Assembly (NCBI GenBank): GCA_030650425.1
Contig: JAUSED010000005.1
Location: 78,932-142,931, forward strand
Direction: 5' to 3'
Length of the DNA: 64,000 bases
Source of the DNA: Candidatus Omnitrophota bacterium
GTDB taxonomy: Bacteria > Omnitrophota > Gorgyraeia > Gygaellales > Profunditerraquicolaceae
Shown here: one piece after another, positions 1-12,200 of the stretch
How positions within the stretch are numbered: position 1 is the stretch's first letter
How the letters are laid out: each line of letters begins with the position of its first letter
Notes under the pieces: generated by a model
Database searches by the model: none
What the model saw: the letters and a program-made list of their open reading frames with translations, nothing else
Told to the model about the DNA's origin: nothing
Made by a program: the position numbers and the translations under genes

Positions 1-2
1 AG

Positions 3-290
3 GTAAAGGATGATGGCAAAGGGATTAACAAGGAGAAGATTATTAAGCGCGCGGAAGAGTTGGGATTCATCAAAAAAGGCCAAAGGCTTAGCGAGCAGCA
101 AATCCTTAACTTAATATTTCTGCCTGAGGTAAGCGAAGCAAAAGACAGCCGGGAAGGAACGGGAATAGGCTTGGCTACTATTAAGAAGAGCATTGAGGCT
201 GTATGCGGCCAGATAAACGTAAAGAGTAAGACAGGGCAAGGAACCCAATTTAGCTTTAGCCTGCCTTGCGGAGTAGAGCCAGATAAGCTG
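3..290 (+). other. C-terminal part of a histidine-kinase-type ATPase (HATPase_c/GHKL) domain
   Basis: The translation ...DDGKGI...EGTGIGLATIKKSIEAVCGQINVKSKTGQGTQFSFSLP matches the G1/G2 boxes and the C-terminal sheet of sensor kinase ATPase domains. Confidence 0.55.
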
Positions 291-3200
291 AAGTCCGGCC
301 TGATAAAATCATTAAAACATAAGCCGTTTGTTATCGAGGTAATCGGAGAAAGAGGGTCTTTTTATAAAGAGGCGGCTCTTTTCTTGACGTGCCTTTTGGG
401 AGCGCGGCCTTTTAACACAGGCTGGCATGCGCGCGCGGCAGTATCTTTATTGTTGAAAGCTATTATGGAAGGCGCGAAGGTAGACAAGAATGATACAAAA
501 GCTGTAGCCGAACTTATGGAAAAATTATTAGAATTAATAGACCGCCTCAGGGAGCCGGTAGTAATCGGCGGCATTGTTACAACCGCTAAGAATGGGAATG
601 CGGTATTGGCTTATCGCGATGAAATTAAATTAGTTACTGACGCCTTAGGCCTCCAGCTTCATAGATTGGTTAATAGCCTGGAAGTGAGCGCGGTAATTGA
701 TGAATTCATAAACAGCGTGGTTAATGGTACTATTGTTTCAGGCCGATACTCAGGCATAATTTTATATACCTCAAAACCGTCTAAACGAAAGGACTCGCTA
801 AAACTCGCGCTCTTGGCTCCTGCGGAAATACGCGCGCAGAGGTTGGGCTGTTCTGTAGAAGATATCAACAAGATAGACAAAAATACAGGTATGGGTGAGG
901 ATTTAAATTATTCCGATGGCATCCTATATATATCAACCGATGATCTTAGCCCGCGTCAGGCCTATCGCAAGGCGCTCGCTATTGTAAGAAAAGAGTTAGT
1001 TAAAGAGTCTTCGCCGCAATCTTCCACCAAACCTCTTTCATCCAGCCCTGCCAGTTCCCCGGTAGAATACGAAAGTAAGCCAGTGGTTTCAGGCGATATT
1101 TCCAGATTGCGCGGTTATTGGTTTATGGAAGCGCCGCGGGAGTATCGAAGGAACGCCCTTCTTTTCGCGGAGAATCACGATGAGCGTCCCGCGCTTGATG
1201 CCTTTAAGAGTATGGAAAAGGCAGAGGCCGCCGCTGTTATTATTCTATCAACAGAGGCGCATATGCTTATCCCGCTTGCCCAAATATACGGGATAAAAAT
1301 GCCTGTTGGCGCGCGCACGGAAATGATGAAATCCCCGGACGCGGGCATTTATCGTTTTAACTATCCACAGCGCCAAGAGGCTGACTTAAAAATAATGTCT
1401 TTCTTTGAACAGGTGCTTCCTATTTTTAGCCAGTCGGTTTTTAGTAAGGGCGATTTATACAGCGCTAAATTAGCTTATCCGGAGGTACATTCTTTAAGAG
1501 GGCTATTTCCGGTGGTGCGCCATTTGCAAGGAGCAGGCGACACAATAGCGGTGATTAATTATTCAGATGGCCGAGAGAAAGTCAGGATAGATTTAGCCAA
1601 AATTTTTGGTTATTATCCCAATCAGGGATTGGCAATTTTAACGCGTCAGCCCAAACTGCGCTATACCAAGAATGTCACTCTTGAATTTAAAGAACCGCGG
1701 ATAGAATTCTCTTTCGGCCCTTACGGCTATGCGATTTTAGGGTTTAGCTCCAGCTCGCCGTTGGAAGAGGAATTCGTATCTCCTACTTCTATGGAGCTTA
1801 ATCCTCACAACTCTTTCTACGGGCAAAAAACGATGATTGATGGCGTGCAGATAGATAAAGTTGTAGCAGCGGGCTTGAATAATTATATACAGGAAAAAGC
1901 ATTAAATACCGCTGACAAAGATAGATTGACTTTTTCTATTGATGGTGAGGCCTTGACGTATGAAATGGTTAAGCTCAAAGAGAGGGTTTTAGCCATAGAC
2001 ACAAGATTAAGCAGTTTGAACATAAAAGAAGCCTTAGCTGATTTATTAATCACAGGCTTAGAGGACGTAGCAGACTTTAATATAGAACAGCTGCCTTTTT
2101 GCTTACATTTTACACTACTTGAGAAATCCCGTTATCTTTTTGAATCTTTACCCGCGCATAATTTCGCAGGTATTAATAGGGGGATACTCGCGTTCACTAA
2201 CCCTCACGCCAGAGATGTTCTTTTGAGGCTGGGATTATGGCATATCTTGCATATTAAGGCAACAACCAAAGGCAGATTGCATGACGGCATTATGAGGCTT
2301 AGGGATGTCGGTGTTGCTAAGAGGTTGATCAAGGAAAGCCGGCTGGGAAGTATCAAAAGATTTATGGCCGCGGTTGAACGAGATGGAGTATTATCGGAGA
2401 ATGCGTTCTTGTTGAATATTCTAAAGGCTTTTTCGACGGAAGAGAAGAGCCCGCAGGATAAAGTGGCTGGTATAAGAGAAAGTATGCGTTGTGATCTCTT
2501 AAATGAACGTCTAAACGCGTTACAAGAAGCAGCTGATAATAATTTAGCAGTTTATCTTGTAGATGATTTATTAGTTTTGCTCCGCGAGAAAGAAGAGCCG
2601 GCCAGGTATAATTTACGCACGCAAGAGGGTAAAGATTGGTATCACGTTAAAATGAATGCTATTTGGCTGTTAGGTAAATTAGAAATATTTCAGGTTGGAA
2701 TAGAAAAAGCTAGGGAGGTCTTGGCCCTTATGCTTGCATTTGGCCTAAGGAGCCCCGCGCCCTGCGTTCATGTCTCAGCTATACTTTCTATTGAATCACT
2801 GGAAAAGAAGGCAAAGGCTTGGCTTAAGCAGGAAGAGGAGAAAGATACATTACTTCCGGGGGCATTACCCGAAGGTGGAGCGGTATCGAGCCCTGTTGAG
2901 GAGGAAGAGATTTTCTTAAGGGAAATTCTGGAAGAGTCTTGTCAAATGGGCTATACGCAGCGGGAGCGCGAGATTTTACAGAGCGCGGCAGAATTTATTT
3001 CTTCAGAATATCAAGGTAAAAGTTTTAAATCTGGGGAGACGTATTTCCATCATGCCTTGGCCGCGGCCAAGACGCTTTTAGGCTGGAGAGCCGATATAAA
3101 AATCGCCGTGGCGGCGTTTCTGCATAAATTAGACCCTGAATCAAGGAAAAGGCAGGAAGGCCGGCTGAAAATTAAGCATTTAGAAAGAGAAGAGGTTGAT

Positions 3201-6200
3201 CAAATTATCGGTATGGTTGAGCGTTTAGAAAACATTGAACAGCGCTGGCCGTATTTGGGCGGGACCATCGTTTACTTGAAAGGCAATAGAAGCGTGCGCC
3301 GTTACCAGAATGCCGTTATGCAATTATGCCGGGATTATGAAACGCTTCTTTTGGTTTACGCGGATAAATTACAAAGCCTGCCCAAGGCCGCGACCTTTAA
3401 GGAAAAAGAGTACCGTTTCCAGGAAATAGTGGATATTTATATGATGCTGCCAGCCCGCTATAACGATTATAGCATGTTTGAAAAACTTAGAAACAAGGCC
3501 TTTGCGATATATGTGCCAGAGGCGGTTTTAGCTATTGAAGGGGATGCCCAAAATAAAGGAATACGCCAAAAGACTTGGGGGCTTTCTTTCCAAGAAATGG
3601 AGCAAAAGCTGAGAGAACTTTCCGGAGAGATCGCTATTTTATTAGAGGCAGGCAACATTCAGGCGGAAATTAAATCGCGCGTAAAGAGCGCATACGGCAT
3701 GTTTGAAAAAATATCCAGCGGAAGAAGGGTAGAATATAATAATTTTGAGGCATTAAAAGATATTTTGGGAACACATATTATATCCGCAAGCGTGGATGTT
3801 ATTTATAATCCCATCATGGTTTGGCTGCGCAAGAAAGGATATAGTTTTAGCGTTGATCAAAAATCAAAATTCAAAAAAGGGTACGAAGCCATTCATATTG
3901 ATGTGGAAATAAACGGTATTGAGCAGGCGAAGGCCCCTCTGCCCTATGAAATCGTTATCTTTAGCCCGGATGATTATAAAAAATATATTTCCGGTAATAG
4001 AAAAGAAAAGTATCTGCCTTTAACTATCCCGCATTACGCTTGGAAATTCGCTGGCTTAGGCGAAAGAGGAGACGAGCAAATTATTGACGCGGATCAATTG
4101 GAATTAAATAGCTTGCCCGCTGAGAATTATCAACAATTGCTTCATTCGTTAAAAAAACTCATTTTTGTTAATTATTTAGAAAAAACACAACGCGGGCTTG
4201 AGGCGCGCTTTATAGAGCTTCCTTACCAAGCCTATCCGGCGGATCTGGCGGCGCATGAGGAGGTGAATAGGTTAGATTCTCAATACAATGGCTTTGTAAC
4301 AATCGCGCTTGAGAAGAGAGGAGAAGAAACCGTTAAAGAAATTTCTCGTCCCCAACCTTTGCAAGAAATCGCTCTTTTAGCAACAGGTATGATTGTCATG
4401 TTGAATCCTCCAGGGGAGGGTTTAGGCAAAGACGTGCTTGGGGTTCTTGAGACTAAAGTGAGCCAACCTCGCACAGTAATGCTTCTGAAGAGGTTGAGAA
4501 ATATGAAAAGTGCAGATTATTGGATTAGGGCGGGAAAGGCGTTAGTGAGCCATAATATAAAAGGCAGAGTTGATAAAGCATATTATGAAAACTTACGTCA
4601 GTTCGCGAGGAGCAAAGGATTTCTGGATATTGCTGAGCTTTTTGAGGCCTTTGGCCGCGGGATCGTTGAAGTTCCATTAGGCAAAAAAGGCGGCTCTTCA
4701 AGCCCCCTGGATTCATCCATTGACCTTGAATTCTTTAAGCATAAATTGCTTCATAGCGAAGGAAGCGTTTCCTTTAAGGGCCTAAATATTTACAGCGAAG
4801 AAGAAATCCGTTATTTTTGGAAGAAGCAAAAGAAATATGGCGGAGTTTTCCAGCAGTTGTCTTTCGCCGCCGATCAGCTAAGCAAGAAAGATAAGATTAA
4901 GGTTCTTTGCGCTGAGGGGGTTTCGCATTTTAAAGACGGCCCTAAATTTTTTACAGCCAGCCGCCTGGCTATTCTTCTGCGCGAGAAAGGCGTTCCTGCG
5001 GAGGCTTTTGACATTTATGTTGTGGATACGGATATGAGCGCGTTGGAACAAGCTGCTTACGGATTTTATGATGCCAGATGGTTCATTGCGCCTAAAGGTG
5101 AAGCGCAAGAGCAGGGTATATTTAAAAAATATTTTGTTGAGTCTAAAAAACCACAGGGGTATCAACTTAAAGAATCTCTACGCTCCCGCATTCATCCGGT
5201 ATATACGCCTTCCCTGATTGAGCTTGAGGAAATTAAAGAAATAGGCCAATTTGATTTGATTACATATTTTTTTAAGGAGTATGTTTTGGAAACAAATCCA
5301 AATGCTCACGGCCAGATCGTAACCAATATTGTAGCCGGACATTTGATCGCGTGCTTAAAGGAAGGCGGTTTTCTCTTAACAACAGCGAATAAATGGTTTG
5401 AAGAATCAAACCTGATGAAACGCCTATCCGTGACTGCGGTTTCCCGTATCCATCGTTCTAATGTGGGCACTTTTAGAACTAAGGTTCTCGCCTATAAGAA
5501 ATTATTCGCAAGCTATAATGATGAATTTTCTAATAAAAAACTCATTCAGCAGTCTAACCAGCTTCGCCATTTAGAAAAAGTTATGGGCCAAAATATCAGC
5601 GTTAAAAGATTCAGGGACGCGTATGAGCTTGCGCGTCAAATCCATCGGGGCAAGAAAAGAGATAACGGAGAACCGTATTTAATGCATCCTATAGCCGTCG
5701 TTGATATTTTTATTGATGTTTTAAAAAGATACCCTCAATATTGGAAGCAATTAGGCTTGGATAGGATTTCTCTGGATGATTCTTATGCCGCTTTGATTGA
5801 CCATGATGTGTTTGAGGAGTATGACTATGATCATGGCCCGTTGAAGAGAAAACAATTAGAGAGCCTGATTAAAATCGAATTAGGGGATGCGGCTTTTGAT
5901 TTTATCATCATATTGACAAATGATAAGGCAAGCGAAGAAGAATATCTTTTGCGCATTATTAGTGATACCCGTTTAATCCTTTCTCTTATGAAGATGGCTG
6001 ATAAACTGCATAGTTTAAAGACTCCCCGTTATTCCCGCGCTGCTGAGAGGCAGAAAGAGAGCCTTTTACAGGCTATTGATTTTATCCAGAAATCTCGGCT
6101 GCCCAAAGAGGTTCCGGGGATTGTCAAATATTTTATTGATGAAATTTGCCGTTTATATTTACCTGAAATTGTAAAAAGCCGCGAAGAGGGGACGCTTAAA

Positions 6201-9200
6201 GGAGGCTTGCCGCAACAATCTTCCCAGCTTGATCCGGAAAAATTTTTTAGCTCACCGGTGGGTCCCGAGGCCGACTGGCGGCGGGCCAATTTCTTACCCG
6301 AGACCTCACTGCTCTTTACTATCTTTTCACCTCAGGAGCAAAAGATGGCTCTTAAAAGATACAGAATCTTAACTCGGAATATGGCAGGGATTATCCCGGA
6401 GCATAACACGCCAGAAGCAGAAGAAACCATCAAGGCAATTTATCTCTACGGAGGGTATCTGTACCATGGTATCCCGACAGACATGGATATTGCGTTTATC
6501 AAATCGGCGAAGATTTCGGTTGAGAAGGACGCAGGGATTTCTATGCTTGCCCAGCGCCTCGCTGACACGGTAAGGTTCCGCGGAAAGGGGTCAGGTTCTG
6601 TTGAAGCGGAGAGGCGGTTGGGTATGACAGTGAATACCCGCCTTTATCTAACGGCAGCGGAATTATGGAATAGCGGCTATCAACTCAGGATGCCGTCTGG
6701 TCGGGAAATCTTTAATTTTGTCAGTCAATTGGTCTGGCCGACAGGGGGGAAGGGAAGTTATCTCGCGCAGGCGATCCTGGCTTTGAACCTATTGGATAAT
6801 ACGGTCTTGACCCGGCTAGGGCTGACTATGGCCGATGTCAGGTTAGTTTACTATGCCAGGGCCTTTTATCTTACTCAGAACCCGCCAATCGATATCCAAC
6901 AGGTTATGGATATCAATAAAAATGTTTGGTCACTGGTTAAAAAGATGAAATGCCAGTTTGCCAGTTCAGTCGTAAATAGAGGGGGTAGAAAGGATGCCTA
7001 TGGTTGTTTAATGCGAACTTTAGTTTCTCAACAACATAAACCTGGCTCCAGTTCACCGGTGGAGGTTTCATCTTCAATCGAAAGCTATGCCGTTGTGACG
7101 GATACTGAAAATAATTCTATAGTTTTTCTTCCCATAGTAAACGGCCCATATATTAGAAACTATCTTGGCACAAAAATAATTAGGGGATTGATTAAAAGTT
7201 TAGACCAATGGATAGGTTTTAAGATAGGCGGCAGGGAAGTACCCACTAATGAAGAAGAGGTTCTGCGTTGCCAGAAGATTTTAACACGATTCGTAATGCG
7301 TCGGTCAATGGGGGAAATTCCCATCGTGTCATTGCGAGCGAACGAAGTGAGCGAAGCAATCTCGACGAGATTGCTTCGTCGCTGCGCTCCTCGCAATGAC
7401 AAATTCCCTGGATCGCCCCCGTTCACTGACGCATTACCACGATTCATCTCCGAGGAAGGGGGAGAGGCAGTTGATTTGTCGACTAAGGGATTTGAAGTAC
7501 ATCTAGTCTTATCTTCGCAAGAAACTTCGAAAAAACCTAAACATCTATCCATAGAGGCATTTTTGGCAGTTAACCAGGAAGGCTATGTTGTGCTTGAGAT
7601 AGCCCCTTGGAATAAAGCAGGCCGTTATTTAGGCTTGGCCCATCAATTAAGGGTTTTCTTTTTTCAAAACATTTTATTGTGGAAATATGACCTTGGGCTT
7701 AAGGCTGTTTATAATATGATATTTACTGTGAGTTATAAGACTATTAACGGGTTAAAAAGAAGCGTATTTTTACCAAAAGACCTGCCAGACTTTATAGCTT
7801 ACGATCTTCCTCCTGTAAATATAGCGGTGATAGAGTCCTACCTTCTATCGTATCTTGTCAAGGAAACAGAGAGGGTGGCAGAGTTAGTGGTGAGAGACGA
7901 TTTAACGAAGAATAAAAAACGTTCTGGCTCGCCTATCGCGGCCTCATCGGTTGAGTCATCCGTTAACGGAACAGAGGAAACGGCAAGCGCGGAACTAAGA
8001 TCTATACTTCATAGCCTCAAGAATAAGTTTCTTTCGCTTGTATATTTTTCTGGCCTTTTGTTGCGTAAGGCTGGCCCCTTAAGAATCGAAGAGGATATAC
8101 CATTATTGAGACTGTTGCGAAATGTCATTTTTCGTCATCCTGAGCGAAGCGAAGGATCTCGTTATCGACGAGATTCTTCGGCCTTCGGCCTCAGAATGAC
8201 GCAAAGTCGGGCATTTCGCAACAGTCCCTTATTGCAAGCAAACAGCCCAATTTCATCCCCAATGGAGTTTCATATCGAATGGGCAGGGGCGCTTGACCAG
8301 AATCCGAAAGGGATTATCAGCGCGGCGGGCGAAAGATTTAAAATCTATTTTAATCTCGTATTTAGCGAATATTTCACCGCAGAAGAAGTACTGGCATTTT
8401 TTCCCGACCGGCTCAAAATAGAGATGAAGCCAAATTTTTACTACAAAGGAATAATCCTAGTGGATAAAATTCAGGTAGTAAATATTTATTCACCTGCCGG
8501 GGAATGGGCAAGGACTAACGACAGAGAGCAGCCAATCTATCCGGAGACCAAAAGCAAGGCCTTTAGGTTAGAGGTGCCATTTTATACCCATGATTCTTTA
8601 ATATTTGATAACGATATACACTGGGAAAAAAGGGAACTTTTGCTTTTTTCTCTGCTGATTAAATTTAAGCATCAGGGAGAAGAGAAGGTTATTGAACTTG
8701 AAGGGTATGGAAAAAGCGGGGCCGGCATAGTTGGCCTCCATTTACCTGCTGTAGGTTATTTTAGCGAAAGACTTAAGCAAAGGCTAGAGAATCTATACAG
8801 CGATTATTTAGGAGGCATTGAAAAAGATAACGCGATAACTCTCTTAGTGTATTATACGGAGGTATTAAAGATAGAATATGCTAAAGAATTACTGCTAAGG
8901 ATTGCCAAGGATAGCAACCATTTAATCAGAAAGGATTTGGCTGTAAGCTTAAGGCAGCTGTTAGCGCATGATATTCACGCAGAGATTTTAAATGAATTAA
9001 TCAATGACGCCGACAGAGAAGTCAGGGAAGAGGCGCTAGTTACCTATTGTGTATATGCTTTGCGCGGTAAATTTTCTAGTGATTTACAAGATCTAAATAA
9101 CTTACCAATGCGTATCTTTTTTTATGCGAAGAGCCTTTTTGTAAAAGAGGGAGAGAGAAAAGAATTAGTAACGATATTAAAACAACCAACAGATACCGTA

Positions 9201-12200
9201 AGCTTTCTTGCTGGTTTTTCCGGAGAAGACTTGCGCGGAGGAATTTACAGTAAGGAGCAAGCAGAAGGCTATATTCGTTTATTTAGAGAAGCGGTTGTTT
9301 CTGAAGTAAAGGGATTTTTAAGCACAATAGAAGCAAGAGTAAGAAGGGTAAGCCTTGATGGAAGCAAGGTTGAAGAGGATAAGAAAACAATTATCAGCCT
9401 GATATCGGAAATGAGACGGGAATTAGAAAGGCGGCAGGCTGGCAGCCCGATTTTCGTAGTTCGAGGCCTATCTTTGCGGCAGTATAACCCCGGTTTCAGA
9501 TTGCTGTATTTATCTGGGCATATTTCCAGTTCGCCGATAACCTCCAGAAGCAACAACATAGCAGGAGCGCCTTTTTCTAAGTCATTTTTACAATGGCTAA
9601 GTGACTCAGGTATAGGATTAAGGAGTCCTCCGTCCAAGCTGCTTGCGGCTTTTGTCTTCCTTGCATATCTAGCCGCATCTATTTTCTCGCCAATAGTAAG
9701 CAGAGCAGATTCAGTTCAAACGCCCTCAGGTGGAAAGGCGCCTCAGGAAATTCCGCAGGAAAAACCAAAGCAAGAAGGACAGGCGTCCTTGAAAGCTCCG
9801 GCAAAGGCCGCTAATGATTTAGCGCAAGTAAAATTAAGCGAGGCAATAACTGCTCTCAAGAATAAAAAGAGGCCAGAGGCCGAAGGATTCCTTAATTCTG
9901 CGAAAGAATATTTGTTCGAGGTTAAAGCCGGTAAAATTGTGGCTAAAATTGAAGATCATAAAACTTTGGTAGAATTTGCGGAGCTCTCAGAGCGCCTTCG
10001 CAGGTTCGATGATGCTATTTTGGCTTATAACGCGGCCGCGGGAGTTGTTGAAAAAAAGGATCCGGATTTAGCAGAATATTACAGGTCAATAGCTTCGTCT
10101 CTCGAACCGTTTAAAAAAGGAGAAACGTCCCGTCAGCCGCCTGCGCCTCTATCTCCTGAAGCTTCTAAGAAAGCGGTAACGTTAAGCCCGGAGGAGCAGG
10201 AAAAGCTAAAAAAGACCACCAGGGCCGCATTAGATAAAATCGAAAGATCTTTAGGGACACCTAAAGGTATCCCGATAACGGATGAGCAAAGAAAGGCGGC
10301 GAAGAAGAGTCTTGATGAGGCAAAGGAAAAGTTAGATAAATCACGGATAACTGACTTTGATCTTTATGCTGAAATCGGCAGAATATATAATTTATTAGAC
10401 TTCTATAAAGAGGCAGGAGAAGCAAACGCGAAAGCGCGGGAATCCGTCGCATCAGACGCAGAGAAAGGATTTATTAAAGACCAGATTCAGAAGAACGAGA
10501 TGGACGAGATGAACGCGCCAATAAAGCGCCCCGGCAGCTCGCCGTTAGGCAGTTCCAGCTCAAAAACCTCAAGCCCTATGGAAGATTATGGAAGATTTTT
10601 GGCTTTGGCGGAAGAAATTAGCAAAGTGATTAAAGCTGCACAGGCCGCCATCTTTGATAAGAATAGAGAACAAGGAGTTTTTGAGCTTTATGCGCAAATA
10701 GAGCACGCCGCGAACTTATTTGAAAGTTTTAAACGAATCTTTCATTCTTTTAGAATCACACCTGAGCTTAAAGAGCATTATACGGAGATAATAGTTGCTT
10801 TAGCAATGAATTTCCCGTCGCGAATTGAGCCAGAGTCAAATCTTATCCGAGGAATGGATACAGGCCTTACCGCAGCTGCCGAAAAAGAATTGAGGGCTAT
10901 TTTATCATATAAAGAGGCTAAGCAGGTACTATGGCAAAAACTGCAGCCGTATATTATAGGTTTAGATGAAATTCCTGAGCCTAAACTCAGCTTAGGCCTG
11001 CCCATGGTGATTAAATCGTTTCATAACCTTGATGAAATAAGATATCTCCAGGAAATGGCTGGTAATTTCGAGCTTCAATTCTGTGTGGTTTCGCCTAAAA
11101 GGACGCCTTATCCTTTACTTATTTTTTCAAAAGAGCTTGGGGGTTGGGCTGAAATAAGGTTTGTGCCTTTTGCCTCTGCGGTGGCCCATACCCAAGCTTA
11201 CTTGATTCCTTTGGAAGCAAGTCAAGAAGACGAAAGAAAGGCAGGATTAGTCAACAGAGTTTATCGAATTCCTTTCCTTGTTTTAGGTTTTGGTTCCGGA
11301 AAAGATACTCATTTGGAAATCTCCTGGTTTACAAAAAATGCGCCTTGGTTTCATTACGAGCGGGAAAATCAGGAAGAAATAGTCCGGTTTTTACGCAAGG
11401 TTAATTTCCTGGAGACATCTTCTCCCCTTATTGATAATACCGGTGAGGAATGGACAGATAGAGAACTGGAAATCTGGCGATTGTGGGCAAAAGGCGTAGA
11501 TCGGGAAGCTATAGGCAAGGCATTAAATGAAGGTGAACGTTTTATAAAAAGGGTCATTTCAAAGATTATAACAAAATTTAATATTTCAAAAAGAGGTCAA
11601 ATAGCGCACTTTATCTCTATTAAGGAGGCAAAAAAGTACGGCATAGATTTAGGTATTAGCTTAAAGGAGGCCTTAGATCAGGATTATCTTGCGGCAATTA
11701 AGCTTTATCTGAAAAATGAGCCTCCAATGGATATTGACAAAAAATTCAACAAAAAAGATTCGTGGTTTTTAAAGGCGGTCTTTCCTGTTATGCTTATTTT
11801 AACCAATATGGATATGGAACCTTTAGATGATAAATTCTCTGATAGTTTCCGCCAACGGATTACGGATGTTTTAATTGAGCAAGGAATTTTGGAAAAAGGA
11901 TTTACGATTAAGCCTAAGGAAGTTTTGAGTGAACGGGAGAAAAAGATTTTGTGGTTGTTTATAGCCGGTTACAATCCAAAAGCCATTGCTTTGACGCTTT
12001 CTCTACCCGAAGGCATCCTTCTTTCAGACATCCTCTTTGCTATGAAGCAAAAACTAAGGGTGCCTATAGATCAGCCTTATTATGCTTTGCCTAATCCCGG
12101 AGTTTTAGCCTTAGTTAAGAAAGCCATAGAGTTGAATGAATTACCGCAGTATATAAATTTAGATGATTTAACTTCCAGAGTTAAGCGAAATTCCTTGGCT

